A DNA stretch of 63,870 nt, counting the filler, from Octopus bimaculoides (taxonomy: Eukaryota), in assembly GCF_001194135.2 (NCBI RefSeq). It is 7 parts of 7 records of this genome, joined end to end, with 100 filler letters (N's around TTAATTAATTAA, not from the genome) between each part and the next. Parts side by side here need not be neighbours in the genome. Positions count along the whole stretch, not along the records: positions 1 to 26,764 come from NC_069002.1; positions 26,865 to 48,844 come from NC_068992.1; 5 more parts are not named here. One strand, given 5' to 3'. Below the pieces are notes generated by a model that worked only from the letters and a program-made list of their open reading frames with translations, searched no databases and had not been told where the DNA came from. How positions within the stretch are numbered: position 1 is the first letter of the stretch; each line of letters starts with the position of its first letter. The position numbers were made by a program, and so were the translations under genes. Shown here piece after piece: positions 25,198-38,190 of this stretch.

Positions 25198-26764
25198 GTT
25201 CAGTAGTTTTATTTTTATAACGTGCTTTCACTTCACTACCGAGCGCAGCTCTGTGCGCCTTGGGTATGTGCTGTGGTTTGCTGTGGTGCTCTTATGTTTA
25301 CTGTATTGAAAGTGTTTTGCGTAGAATGTGTGCAGTACCCAGTAGTGCAACTTTCTGTATGTTATATATATTTGTAAGTCCTGGTGTTTTTGTTATGTAT
25401 TTGTCTGAATATTTTTTTATTATACCTAAGGCACCTACTATGATAGGAATTGTTTCTGTTTTTAGATTCCACATTCGANNNNNNNNNNNNNNNNNNNNNN
25501 NNNNNNNNNNNNNNNNNNNNNNNNNNNNNNNNNNNNNNNNNNNNNNNNNNNNNNNNNNNNNNNNNNNNNNNNNNNNNNNNNNNNNNNNNNNNNNNNNNNN
25601 NNNNNNNNNNNNNNNNNNNNNNNNNNNNNNNNNNNNNNNNNNNNNNNNNNNNNNNNNNNNNNNNNNNNNNNNNNNNNNNNNNNNNNNNNNNNNNNNNNNN
25701 NNNNNNNNNNNNNNNNNNNNNNNNNNNNNNNNNNNNNNNNNNNNNNNNNNNNNNNNNNNNNNNNNNNNNNNNNNNNNNNNNNNNNNNNNNNNNNNNNNNN
25801 NNNNNNNNNNNNNNNNNNNNNNNNNNNNNNNNNNNNNNNNNNNNNNNNNNNNNNNNNNNNNNNNNNNNNNNNNNNNNNNNNNNNNNNNNNNNNNNNNNNN
25901 NNNNNNNNNNNNNNNNNNNNNNNNNNNNNNNNNNNNNNNNNNNNNNNNNNNNNNNNNNNNNNNNNNNNNNNNNNNNNNNNNNNNNNNNNNNNNNNNNNNN
26001 NNNNNNNNNNNNNNNNNNNNNNNNNNNNNNNNNNNNNNNNNNNNNNNNNNNNNNNNNNNNNNNNNNNNNNNNNNNNNNNNNNNNNNNNNNNNNNNNNNNN
26101 NNNNNNNNNNNNNNNNNNNNNNNNNNNNNNNNNNNNNNNNNNNNNNNNNNNNNNNNNNNNNNNNNNNNNNNNNNNNNNNNNGTTTTACCATGGTCCGTTG
26201 CTGTTCTAGTTTTAGTTTGGATTTCATTTGTTTTATAGCTTTTGTTGTTTCTTCTTCTTCTTCATATTTGTTAGGTAGTATGATTTCTTGTTTGTATTTT
26301 TCAGCTTCCTTAAATACTGATTTTTTTTCTTTTGTTTTGGTAGTGTTTTGTGCCTATTTGTATTAGCTTTCCTTGCTTCTGAAGTAGGTATTTTTGCAGT
26401 CCTATGGTGGTTATTTTATAATAGTTTTCCAGCTGTATAAGACCCTTACCACCTTCTGCACTTTGTATATATAGCCTTTCTATGTCAGATTTTGGGTGGT
26501 GCATCCTAGATCCTGTCTATTTTCATTAGTTCATCTAGTGTCCAGTTAAGGATATTGTAGCTGTAACTTATTACTTGGGCGGCTAAAGTGTTAATACCTA
26601 CTATCTTATTTTTAGCATTGAGTTCTGTTTTCAGTAGTGATCTAACTCGTCTATAGTATTCTTTCTTTATTTTCTCTTTCATTTGTGTGTGTTGTATCCT
26701 ATCTAGTTCATTGATTCCTAAATATGTGTATGGCTGGCTTTCGTCTAATTTTCTTATGTCATTG
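25168..26764 (-). mobile_element. Relatively young R4/Dong-like LINE 3' half with (TAA)n tail (centre in gap)
   Basis: HPKSDIERLYIQSAEGGKGLIQLE before the gap; RMWNLKTETIPIIVGALGII..LLGTAHILRKTLSIQ* after it; then 3' UTR and (TAA)n. Confidence 0.88.
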
Positions 26765-26864
26765 NNNNNNNNNNNNNNNNNNNNNNNNNNNNNNNNNNNN
26801 NNNNNNNNTTAATTAATTAANNNNNNNNNNNNNNNNNNNNNNNNNNNNNNNNNNNNNNNNNNNN
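26765..26864. other. Artificial 100-bp scaffold spacer N44-TTAATTAATTAA-N44
   Basis: The same 12-mer embedded in N runs occurs at 26809, 48889, 55460, 58472, 60923 and 62413; it encodes stops in all frames. Confidence 0.9.
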
Positions 26865-26912
<48 letters not shown>

Positions 26913-27089
26913 AGAAAGAAAGAGAGAGAGAGCTGGGCTTAAGCCCGTTAATCTGTTAATCATTAATTAGCGAAGTTAAACTTTTCGTTAACGATTTAAC
27001 TTTTAAGCTAAATTTGAACTGCTGATGATGTTAACAATTCTAAAGTCTACAAGTTAACAGCATCAAAGGATTATCCGAAAAGGAATTCC

Positions 27090-27365
27090 GATACCAGCTA
27101 CCAGGCCAGGACAGGTCCTGCTGCTCACCAGGCTGAGGAATACAAACTGTCAAGGTATCGGTCACTTTCCAACAAGTTTGTGGCCGATCTTATGGCAGAT
27201 CTCCGGCGTACTTGGTCCCCGGACCATATCTCTGCTCACCGCTATTGAGGCGAAGATGGCTGTACGTAAGTGCGAGCCCCATGAGTGAGAGTGGCTGTTA
27301 CACCACATCTCCCTCACTATCCTGCGGGTCAACGCCTTTTCCATTTTGTCTGCCGAGACCATGAG
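27090..27365 (+). mobile_element. CRE-like non-LTR RLE C-terminal fragment
   Basis: GPAAHQAEEYKLSRYRSLSNKFV, then (frameshift) SGVLGPRTISLLTAIEAKMAVRKCEPHE*EWLLHHISLTILRVNAFSIL, resembling the CRE end ETxGxWG..WLxQRISIAIQRGNAxSIL. Confidence 0.65.
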
Positions 27366-28755
27366 TGACTTTTCTTAATAAAGATACATAAGCAAGAAAA
27401 AATGTAAGAACGAAATACAACTGTATAAATAGAGAAGTTTGAACATTGTAGAAGACTTGTTCTAAAAGTTGGTTTTATTAATAAAACTCTAAATTGACTT
27501 TGGTAATTATGAAAAATATGAAGAATCTTTTTCATTTTCTAAAAGTTTTATTATGCGATGTGATTACAAAGATGGCTTCTTAAACAAAACTTAGCCCAAT
27601 TGTTCCTGTCAATAGCATGCTGGTAAGGTCAATGTATTGATTAAATTTCATGTAAATTTGTTTTCCTATCAGTTCTTCAACTACAACTTGCGTGTTACTA
27701 ATACATAGTTTGCTACACTTTATAAAGGCTTGACACAGGTGGATGATAAAAATTTAAGGCATGACAGATCCTTAGTCAAAGGATTGAATAAGTGAAGAGT
27801 AGAATCAAACTAGAATGTTCCTTCACGTCTACTAAACTAGTATGTATTACTCTAATCAAAGAAACCATCAAGGTTGCATTACTGTATGCAAATCGGTCTA
27901 GCCAAATTAATGATGGATTTTTAAGCAACGTCGCTTTGGGCATTTAAAGAGGTACAGAGTCACTGATAGAATACTAACATTAGATTGAATCTAGTCAAAT
28001 TAGATTGCTTTTCTGTCCGCTAACATTTTTCATGCGAAAGCAATTTATTCACAGCTTTGTGTTTCGTAAAGTAGTGGTTAAAATCTATGTAGTATTTAAC
28101 AGCATTGAAACAAAACACTACTAATGCACCAGTACTACGTACAGACACATACGTATGTGTGAGTATGCTTGTCTGTATGTGTGTGTGTATGTGTGTATAT
28201 CTACGTTCCTGTAACTCTTTCTTGAAATACGGCAGGAATATGTTTACTTTCGTAGCATTGTACAGAATAATTCAATAAACGAATGGCTAAGAGCAATATA
28301 AATTAATATTATGCCAGGTAGTCTAATTGAATTAAAAACAACTTAAGGCAAATATTTTAAAAACAAACATAATTAACACCCGGTACACATATGTGTTGTC
28401 TTTCTTATGGCTACGTGTATATTAAATACACATTCAGAATCTTCTTCAGCTGGAGGACAAATAAAATATATTTGAAATGAACTAAGTTATAAATACCCGC
28501 AAGACGGACTACGTAAGATATCAAGTGTAAATATTAAGTTGAAATGTCAGTGAATTTAAATCACTTCTGTTTGTGCAGAGAAAATCTACAAGAAAGTACA
28601 TCAACAAATTTAGGTTTCGCTTAGAGGTATAAAGTACAAATAATTCTCAAAATGTGTAAATAATGTATTTTCTTTGATTATATTTCATCAAAGGGACCGT
28701 CAAATAAATAACTAAAAGCAGTATCAATTAATATGAAATGCATACTGTATTTGAA

Positions 28756-28794
<39 letters not shown>

Positions 28795-29467
28795 CGTGTG
28801 TGCATGTATTTGTTTGTTTGTGTAATTGCGCTATATATTTGACCTCGTATAATAATGTACACTTGCTAGTGAGTGTGATTAACTAAAACAGTGTTAAGTT
28901 CTAATTGACAAGATTTCTTAATGGTCTATTCAACTCGTCTTTGTATAATCCTTTATTTAGTGAACCTGTAAAATACCACGTTGAAATCAATTTCCAGCTA
29001 CGAAAATAATTTGTATGGGCATCAACGAAAAAGAAAAAAAAAATCCAACTCTCTCACTTAGAATTGTATGGGCATCACCTGTATATTGAGATAAACAGCA
29101 TCAGTCAATCTATGTTACTCCAAGGTGAATGCCATTGATCTATATGCTGTTCCTCAAATACTTTGACCATCGGCCATAAATCGTTTTATAAGCCAGATTT
29201 TGTGGTGAATAGAGGTACAGTAAATTTTTGTAATCATTTGTTTCAATGTGCATTCGCGAAAATGATCTACCTCGATAGATACGTAATTAACCAAAAGCCT
29301 TGTGTACAAAGTAAAAATATATTAAATTGAATGATGATTTCTACATTTCCACATGTATTTTGTATGATTATACTACCGTATATTAGATTATATTCATTAG
29401 GATGAATGTTAATTATGCATTGAACATTGTAGGATATATGCGCTATTGTGTGAATGTGCCAATTTAC

Positions 29468-29579
<112 letters not shown>

Positions 29580-29689
29580 CTGTGTGTGTTTATACGCACA
29601 TATTTATATGTATTCTACTCACGTATTCCTATATTCGTAAATGCACGCACATATACAACGTATTTTTATATAATTCCATTGCTGATTAA

Positions 29690-30430
29690 ATTTTTCAAGC
29701 GGACCAATAATTCGTTGCATGTGCGGTCATAGTGAACATGACTGGAGTTTTTATGCACTCTGACTTTAAACATCTGAAGCTTTTCAAACATGTGCGTTTT
29801 GAGTCCTTGGAAATTTTCTCCAAATTCTAATAGTTTAGTCCAGAATGTGGATTTTGTCATCGTGGTTTTGATGTTTTGCTCAGATGTGAATGCCTTAGCA
29901 CATGGAGAACAGCATCCTTCATGCCACATAGTTATTATTGATCTGAGATTTTTATGAACTATGACTTGTATTTATTTTGTCGCTAACTGTTACTATAGCA
30001 ACCGGGCTCTCATGTGTTAATCTGTTGACAGTGGGGATGTTTCGTTGCATTTACTCCATCAACTGCCTTAATCCTAACAGTCGTTTTATGGATTACAATG
30101 ATTTTCTGTTTATTTTCCTTCTTTGTGATTCATTATTGCTGCTGATACATACACACACTCCAGAAAGCTTCGAATTTAGGCGTTATAAACAATAGCCATT
30201 CTTTCTTTGTCAAATTTGATGTCGTTTTTCATAATTCTTAGTACTGTTCCGTATAGGGAAGACATGTTCTAGCCACAACGACTCACTGGGTTCGATTACA
30301 CTTCTTTTCGGAGGCTGATTTTAACAGCATGCGATTCTCAATGCACTATGCTTGATTTGGTTTTACTTTTCTTGATAGAAATATTGCTATGCATTTTCAT
30401 GAACCGAATATAAATTTACTATTATTTACC
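29690..30430 (-). mobile_element. Highly degraded Tc1/mariner-superfamily transposase relic
   Basis: Fragments YGTVLRIMKNDIKF and NATKHP resemble Tc1/maT transposase; no TIRs recognised. Confidence 0.4.
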
Positions 30431-30575
30431 CCAAATTTCGCCCTGGCAAAAGCTTTGCTTCAGCTACTATCCCTCGCATTCCTTTATAGTCCCGAACTTA
30501 ATGGTACACAAAAAGAGATGTATATTTATATATACAACTTATGGTTGCATATTTTGGACAAGTAATATTGTTTGT

Positions 30576-30880
30576 TGTTGTTTTGTTGTTGGCACTCCGT
30601 CGCCTACGACGTCGAGGGTTCCAGTTGATCCAATCAACGGAACAGCCTGCTCCTGAAATGAACGTGCAAGTGGCTGAGTACTCCACAGACATGTGTACCC
30701 TTAATGTAGTTCTCGGGGATTTTCAGCGTGACACAGTGTGACAAGTGTGACCCTTTGAATTATAGGCATAACAGAAACAGGAAGTAAGAGTGAGAGAAAG
30801 TTGTGGCGAAAGAGTACAGCAGGGTTCGCCACCATCTCCTGCCGGAACCTCGTGGGGCTTTTAGGTGTTTTCGCTCAATA
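30576..30880 (-). mobile_element. SINE family B (head lost in gap)
   Basis: Reverse complement of 19160-19456. Confidence 0.88.
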
Positions 30881-32492
30881 NNNNNNNNNNNNNNNNNNNN
30901 NNNNNNNNNNNNNNNNNNNNNNNNNNNNNNNNNNNNNNNNNNNNNNNNNNNNNNNNNNNNNNNNNNNNNNNNNNNNNNNNNNNNNNAAGCTTAAAATTAG
31001 TTTAAAGTAATCTTGAAAGAATCATAGAAGGTTCGCAAATGATTTCTTTTATTGGAATTATCTGAAGGCTTCGTTTTCTTTTCTCTAAAATCTTTTAAAA
31101 TTACACCTGATGTGGAACACTGAAAAACATTAATTCCTGGCCTAATTTAAAGCAAATGTTTCTGCTGCGATGTGATTCGTTCGAATGCAGATTTAACTTT
31201 TAAAGATATGTTAATTTTTAGCAATTCCCTTTGAAAAACTTCACTATTTTATCAAAATTCTTCTGTATCCGAAAGAACTCAGTTTTATTCTCTGATGATT
31301 TAAACGCAGAATACATAAGAACAAAACAGCTGCAAAAGATATCCTTCGTCCTTGTTAGCTTATTGCATTATTTATCACGACCAAATTATGAAAACCAAAA
31401 TGGATCGAGTCAGGTTTTGAACTCTGAGCGCTAGCATGATAGGCTTAAATAATTTGCGAATTCGGTGCTGTAAATAGGTTGTAGAATGTCACACACATAC
31501 GCACACACACGCGTACACACCCACAAACCCACACACAAACACACACACCTACACACATACACACGCATTATGTTATGCATCTTCAACTCTGAATATGGGT
31601 GCATTTGCACTTATATATACAGTTACCCAGCACAATATATAACATTTGATGTAGATTCTGTCACACTTACATAAGTTATACATACTAATATTCATTTACC
31701 GCTCTCCCCCTACCTCTCGCTCTCTCTCGCTCTGTCTCTCCCTGTCTATCTATCATGTCGTATTTTTGTATGTAGTGGCGTGCGTATGCGCATTTGCACG
31801 GAGAAAGGCAATTCGTATAGAAGTATAAACGTATATTGAGAACAATAAATGAGTGTACACAGAAACCTTTATATAATAATACAACACACAATTGTAGAAA
31901 TATAAATAAAGATTAAAGATTAAAGACTCATCAAAGCGTCTCTCAAAGTAAATCCGTTGACGTCAGATCGCATATTCGGTTTGACATTAATGACACAAAC
32001 TACGCCTTTATTTTATATCTGTTTCATCCTGACGAGTAGTGTTGCCATGGCTATTGAATCAACACTGTAGATTCTTCTGATCTTAGTTTCCGCAGAGAAT
32101 ATAGGAAAGCTAGCTTGATACTAAACATTCATCCTTCATGTCAAAACTAATATTTAGTTAGGGTAGGAATCGCTCTATATATATGATATAGAGAAATAAG
32201 AACGTTGAGAGACATCAAATATATATTTATGATAAATAACGTTCATTTCAAAAACAATAGCAACAATAAAAATGCTGTATTAGACAGAGCCATACTCTTC
32301 TACCATGCATAATTTCAAAGTTGTAGCAACGCAATCACTGATCTTTTCTTTACTTTCCTTATTTTTTTTCTCTTCTTTTACTCATTATTTTCGTATTGTG
32401 AAGAAATGATATTTCGAAAGAGAAAGATTAAATCCGGATATCGTAGAGATGATTAAGTTTGATGTTATTATTATCATTATTTATAATCAGTG

Positions 32493-33335
32493 TTAAAGCG
32501 ATGAGCTGGCAGAATCGTCAGCATGTCGAACAAAATGTTTAGTGGTGTTTCGTCCGCCTTTACCTTCTGATTTCAAATTAAGCCAAGGTCGACGTTGTCT
32601 TATATCCTCTAATCGGGGTCGAGAAAATAAATACCTGTTGAGTACTGGAGTCAATGTTATTTATGATAATAATTATTTATAATAAGGGTTAAGGCATGTA
32701 GCAGGGAGTATCGTTAGCATTCCGGAGAAAATGGTCAGCAGTATTTTATCCGACTCTTTACATTTTGAGATCAAATGTTTCTGAGTGCCGAAGTCGACTC
32801 AGCTTTTCATCCTTTTGAGGTTGATGAAATAAGTACCAGTTGTTCACTGAGGCCGATGAGATCAATATAAATTTCAGGCCTTGTTCTTGTTGTTGAACAG
32901 ATTATTTTTTAATTTGGATTAATTTACTGTTCGCAGGGCTCCGACAATTATTGGTACTACTGCTACCCTTTTCATCGACCACAACTGCTTAACTTCCCAA
33001 GCAAACCTGTCATATCTCCCAGCTTTTCTTTTTCCTTATCGCATAACTTGTTGTCAGCTGGGCATGCTATATCTATGATCCAGCATCGTTTGTTGTTATT
33101 ATTATCATTATTATTTAGGCGGCGTGCAGGTAGAACCAACATCACGCCGGCCGAAATGCCAAGCGGTGTTTCGGGCGTCACTACGTCTACGTTCTGAGTT
33201 CAAATTCCGCCGAGGTCGATTTTGCTTTTCATCCTTTCGGCTTCAATAAATTAAGTGCCAGTTGAGTACTGGTGCCGATGTGATTGACTGTCTCCCTCCC
33301 CACAAAATGCAAGCCTTGTGCCTATAGTCGAAAGG

Positions 33336-33365
<30 letters not shown>
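32493..33365 (+). mobile_element. Three SINE family A copies with a short minus-strand R4-like RLE piece (32930-33095) between them
   Basis: SINE motifs start near 32493, 32689 and 33116; RLE piece RCWIIDIACPADNKLCDKE. Confidence 0.8.
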
Positions 33366-33368
<3 letters not shown>

Positions 33369-33559
33369 GGGTTGATGATGATGTAGAAGAGGAGGACGAG
33401 GATTTCAATTCCTGCATCAAGTGCAATGGGTGAACAGATACTATTGCAAATAAGAAAATAGAGCATACATGTCTAATCGTTGTCAGCTTCAAATAAACCG
33501 ACATAAAATATAAGTGAAAATGAAACGGAAGGGCTGGACTTAACTCTTGAAGTTTTGCA

Positions 33560-35110
33560 AAGAGTAAATAGAAAAAAGACTGTAAATGTCCAAGCGGATT
33601 TGACAATATGTTTAAGGTTACTTCTTACAAGATGATACAACTCAAAATCAAATACATTATCAAACTCCAAATACGTGTTAGGTATCAAAAATGCATATAA
33701 CGAAGCGAAAGTAAAGAAAAAAAAGCAAACAAAATGAAAACACTTGAAGCATAACATAATGAGAAAACGATTATATGTAAAAGCATCGCAGAAAAAATTA
33801 CCAAAGAATACTGACCAATGAAAATAGAATCAGAACAATAGAAATGCAATATACGATAATTTGAGAAATATAAAATAAAATACAAATTAAAATATGAAAA
33901 GAATTAAAGATTTACAATCATTACAAATATATCCGAACGGACCAAATGGACCGATGAAAATATTTATGACAATAAAATACGAAAACCTGGCTTAATTAAA
34001 AGGAGACCAACGTTAATATCACTGAGATGAAAAAATAATATACATAAAACACGTTATATTAGAAAGGAAACGAGTATTTCTTCAGTTTAATGCGTAGATC
34101 AATAGAAAAACCCTAGCAGACAATAATGGAAACAAATATATTGAAGAAGTTGACAATTAATTAAAAACATACACTCCTAAACGGACTGACAGAACGAAGG
34201 AAAGCAAATCCTACATACATATACACAAATATAACAAACAAAAGCAAAATCCGAGAGGAAAAAACGCCTAAAGCAAGCTATTCTCACTAAAACGGAAATA
34301 ATCCGCCAGTATGAAAAGCTACAACGATTATTTGAACAAAGCAAACAGTTTAACTGCTATCCCCAAATATGTTTTCAATAACAAGGTAAAAATAAAACGG
34401 AAATCAATATATGACCAACTGCAGGAGATGTAGAAAAATACTGTGAAGAATATTTACAACTAAGGAATATCTATTGATGAATTTCTTGAAAATAGTGTGT
34501 ACAGCACCTGAATAATCGTTGTCGACCATAATAACAACAAAATTTAAAGAACCAAGATACTACAGAAAACAAGCAACTGGAAAGCGTTAGAATAGGATAA
34601 ACTCCGAAACGTTTGGTTAAAATATTTAACAGGTTTATATAAGACATTGAACACAGCGAACAAAACGTCTGGCTCCAGTATTATGGGAATAGTCTATCGC
34701 AATTTCTAACTTGTATAAAGTAACACACCATAAAATGAGCTATGTCTGACAACTTCCTGATTCTGAAATCCGTTAATATCATTGTGGAACAAATATACAG
34801 TTTCCAACAATATATAAGGCTGAAGAAATAAAGTGTTTTCAGCAATGCATGGATTGACTGCCAGACTAATTTTGGCCATACTTTCCACACGTAGGTCCCG
34901 GATACATTAACCATGAGGCGGTACAAATAACCGTTTTAAAGGAAACAGCAAACTATTCTAAAGATACATCGAAAATTGGAATTATGACAATTAAACACAT
35001 ATCCATTATATTAAACAAAACTGAACGCGGATTTAAGTGCTATAAGAATGTAATTAACCATATTTTGAACATGAACGATCATAAGTTATGCGCCAGAAAT
35101 AATTTAACAT
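33560..35110 (+). mobile_element. Old plus-strand R4-like ORF/RT relic
   Basis: A-rich degenerate coding with WKALE*DKLRNVWLKYLTGLYK and AWIDCQ, matching RT motifs WKAPGxDxIxNFWLK and AWIDYxKAF. Confidence 0.5.
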
Positions 35111-35934
35111 GGCGGTAAGAAGTTAAGGTAAATCGCATCATTGGCTGATACGAACACGAAGCTTAACTGAAAAATTCTTCATTGCAGCAGAACATAAAAA
35201 CCTTCCCATCACACACCACCTTACAATGAAGAACAATGCATTGAAAATTGTCAAGTCTCTATCAGTTGGGATAAGGCAATTTAGTACATGGTTTCTGGTG
35301 CTTCTCTCGAGCTAAGAGCGAATTCATTTGCACAAATCTCATGAATTGGTAACATAAATGTGAATATGTACTGTTACACTAAAAAACTTTCCTTGCTATG
35401 ACGATCACACGAAGGGTTATGTAAATCCTCACGCATAGTGAGGTTAAAGTTAATTGACCAGATATTGTTATAAATGACGGTCAGATCGAGCACTCAATCA
35501 CCACCAACGATAAATTATCTCTAGAAGAACAGAAAAGAACTTATCGAAACGTAAAACATATACAAAAAAGATAATTCAGTGTGTTGAATGAATGGAGAAA
35601 CAATTTCAGTAATAAGAGATGCCTTTGGAATGATTAAAACTTGCGGAGAAATATATATCCGAAAATAGTTTTTACAAATACGCACATCATACAGAAAAAT
35701 ATTTTATTAAACATTTCTCACAAATTACGCACAGATTTAACACAAAATACGTAGCTAGAAGAACAATTCTGAAAAATAATCTTAAGTATATTTTGAGCAA
35801 TATATTCTGTAATTTTTGTGGTGTGATAATACAACTTACGTCAAATGTCTTCTTTTCAGAAAGAGGAATTTATTGTCCACTTGCAAAAGATTCGTCTTCG
35901 TGGTCGTCGGCCTCCTCCTCCTTCTCCTTCTTCT

Positions 35935-36385
35935 TGTTTTGCACAGCTTCTAACGCCGGTCATGTACTACAGTGTCAGCTGTTCACTACCAGTGAACTAA
36001 GGTAACACACCATCCGGAGTATTTGAACGGTTCCAAGCAGTGCTGTGTTCTGCAAGTGCTCCACTATTATTGCAGCCCCTGTATGTTCCATGTACTTTTC
36101 AAGATTTTTATTCACTGTTGCCAGGGCTCCGACAATTATTGGTACAACTACCACCTTCTTCATCGACCACAACAGCTTAACCTGCCAAGCTAACCTGTCA
36201 TATCTATCGACTTGTCTTTCTTCCTTATCGTATACCTCGTTGTCAGCTGGGCATGCAATATCTCTGATCCAGCACCGTTTGCTTTCTTTCTCAGTTAACA
36301 CTTTATTTGGTTTCCTATTCTCTATCTCGTGGACGCACTGAATCGCACAGGATCTTTCCATTATCATTTTCGAGGATGCCTTCAG
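35935..36385 (-). mobile_element. R4/Dong-like RLE 3' end
   Basis: ORF ..ENRKPNKVLTEKESKRCWIRDIACPADNEVYDKEERQVDRYDRLAWQVKLLWSMKKVVVVPIIVGALATV..; same subfamily as 21153-21620. Confidence 0.88.
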
Positions 36386-36479
36386 GTTATTATTATTATT
36401 GTTGTTGTTGTTGTAGTTGTTGTTATTGTTGTTATTATTATTTTTTTTATTATTATTATTATTAATTTCATATATACAC

Positions 36480-36810
36480 TCAAAAGACTAGACTGTTGGA
36501 AAAGAAAAAATCTTAAGATCGGACAACAACAAGTAACCTTAGATGCCAAGAACCCTCCTAAGTATCTTAGCTGTCTCTAATAACACTTTTCTGCAGCTGC
36601 AATAAATTAGGTTTTATGCTTATTTCCTCTATCCATTTGTTCAAATCTTTAGGGAGAGTGCTCAACGCACCTATAACTACTACCAATAACATTTTACACG
36701 CACTTTCCATAGTCTCTGTAATTCAACAGCTCGGTTCTAGTACTTTACCATTTTTTCTATACTTCTCATATTAAAGTTTTTATCATTTGAGACTTTTAAG
36801 TCAATTATCA
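36480..36810 (-). mobile_element. R4/Dong-like RLE 3' end, second subfamily
   Basis: VELQRLWKVRVK..VIGALSTLPKDLNKWIEEISIKPNLLQLQKSV; homologous to 24255-24600. Confidence 0.75.
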
Positions 36811-36825
36811 TCATCATTGAATTTA

Positions 36826-37030
36826 TTAGGCGGTAAGCTGGCAGAATTGTTAGCACGCCGGGCAAAATGCTTAGCGACATTTCATCCATCTTTACGTTCT
36901 GAGTTCAAATTCCGCCGAAGTCGAGTTTGTCTTTCAGGGTCGATAAAATAAGTACCCGTAGAGCACTGGACTCAATGTAAATCGACCTGTTCCCATCCCC
37001 CAAGAAATTGCAAGCCAAACTTTGAAATCA
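36826..37030 (+). mobile_element. SINE family A
   Basis: TAGGCGGTAAGCTGGCAGAATTGTTAGCACGCCGGGC..GTTCTGAGTTCAAATTCCGCCG. Confidence 0.88.
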
Positions 37031-37207
37031 TAATTGTTGTTCTTATTGATGTTGCTGTCCTTATTTCTGATGCTAGTATGTCTAGCTCCAGTTTGATAAT
37101 ATCGACTAAATTATGACGTGACTCTTGTCATGACAGTAATCAGTCTGATTACATACATGCATACATACATTCATACATACATACATACATACATATATAC
37201 ATGCATT

Positions 37208-37555
37208 TTGTTGGCAATCCGTCGCTTACAACGTCGAGGGTTCCAGTTGATCCGATCAACTGAACAACCTGCTCGTGAAATTAACGTGCAAGTGGCTGAG
37301 CACTCCACAGACACGTGTAACCTTAACGTAGTTCTCGGGGATATTCAGCGTGACACAGTGTGACAAGGATGACCCTTTGAATTACAGGCACAACAGAAAT
37401 AGGAAGTAAGAGTGAGAGAAAGTTGTGGTGAAATAGTACAGCAGGGTTCGCCATCATCCCCTGCCGGTGCCTCGTGGGGCTTTAGGTGTTTTCGCTCAAC
37501 AAACACTCACAACACCCGGTCTGGGAATCGAAACCGCAATCCAAATGACTGCGAG
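37208..37555 (-). mobile_element. SINE family B
   Basis: Reverse complement of 19095-19450. Confidence 0.88.
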
Positions 37556-37707
37556 NNNNNNNNNNNNNNNNNNNNNNNNNNNNNNNNNNNNNNNNNNNNN
37601 NNNNNNNNNNNNNNNNNNNNNNNNNNNNNNNNNNNNNNNNNNNNNNNNNNNNNNNNNNNNNNNNNNNNNNNNNNNNNNNNNNNNNNNNNNNNNNNNNNNN
37701 NNNNNNN

Positions 37708-37950
37708 TGTGTGTGTGTGTGTGTGTGTGTGTATGCTTGTGTGTCTGTGTTTGTTCCCCCCCTCCCAACATCGCTTGACAACCGATGGTGGTGTATTTAC
37801 GTCCCCGTAACTTAGCAGTTCGGCAAAAGAGATTCATAGAATAAGTACTAGGCTTACAAAGAATAAGTACTGGGGTCGAGTTGCTCGACTAAAGGCGGTG
37901 CTCCAGCATGGCCACAGGCAAGTGAATGAAACAAGTAAAAGAGTAAGAGA
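37708..37950 (+). mobile_element. SINE family C, 3' half
   Basis: (TG)n then TCGCTTGACAACCGATGGTGGTGTATTTACGTCCCCGTAACTTAGC..GCTCCAGCATGGCC; matches 40130-40360. Confidence 0.85.
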
Positions 37951-38190
37951 TGAAAGACAATGTTGACCCCGGTGGAATTTGAACTCAGAACGATTCTGTC
38001 AGCTCTCCACCTTAGCTGTTATTTAATAATCCTTTGTACGATAGGTACCAGACCTGAAATTGGGGGAGGGCATTGGCTTCAGTGCTCAACTGTTTTTTTT
38101 TTTTTATCGACCCCGATTAGAGTATAAAGGCGAAGTCGACCGGCGAAATTTGATCTCAATGTAAAGACGGACGAAATGCCGCTAAGCATG
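37951..38190 (-). mobile_element. Two partial SINE family A copies
   Basis: GGAATTTGAACTCAGAACG and AAGTCGACCGGCGAAATTTGA..GAAATGCCGCTAAGCAT. Confidence 0.75.

Noticed and set aside
27022-27070. CTGATGA followed by a TGTTAAC/GTTAACA stem
   Set aside because: No GAAA box or NUH site after the stem.
32029-32075. CTGACGAG followed by an AGTGTTG/CAACACT stem
   Set aside because: No GAAA box downstream.
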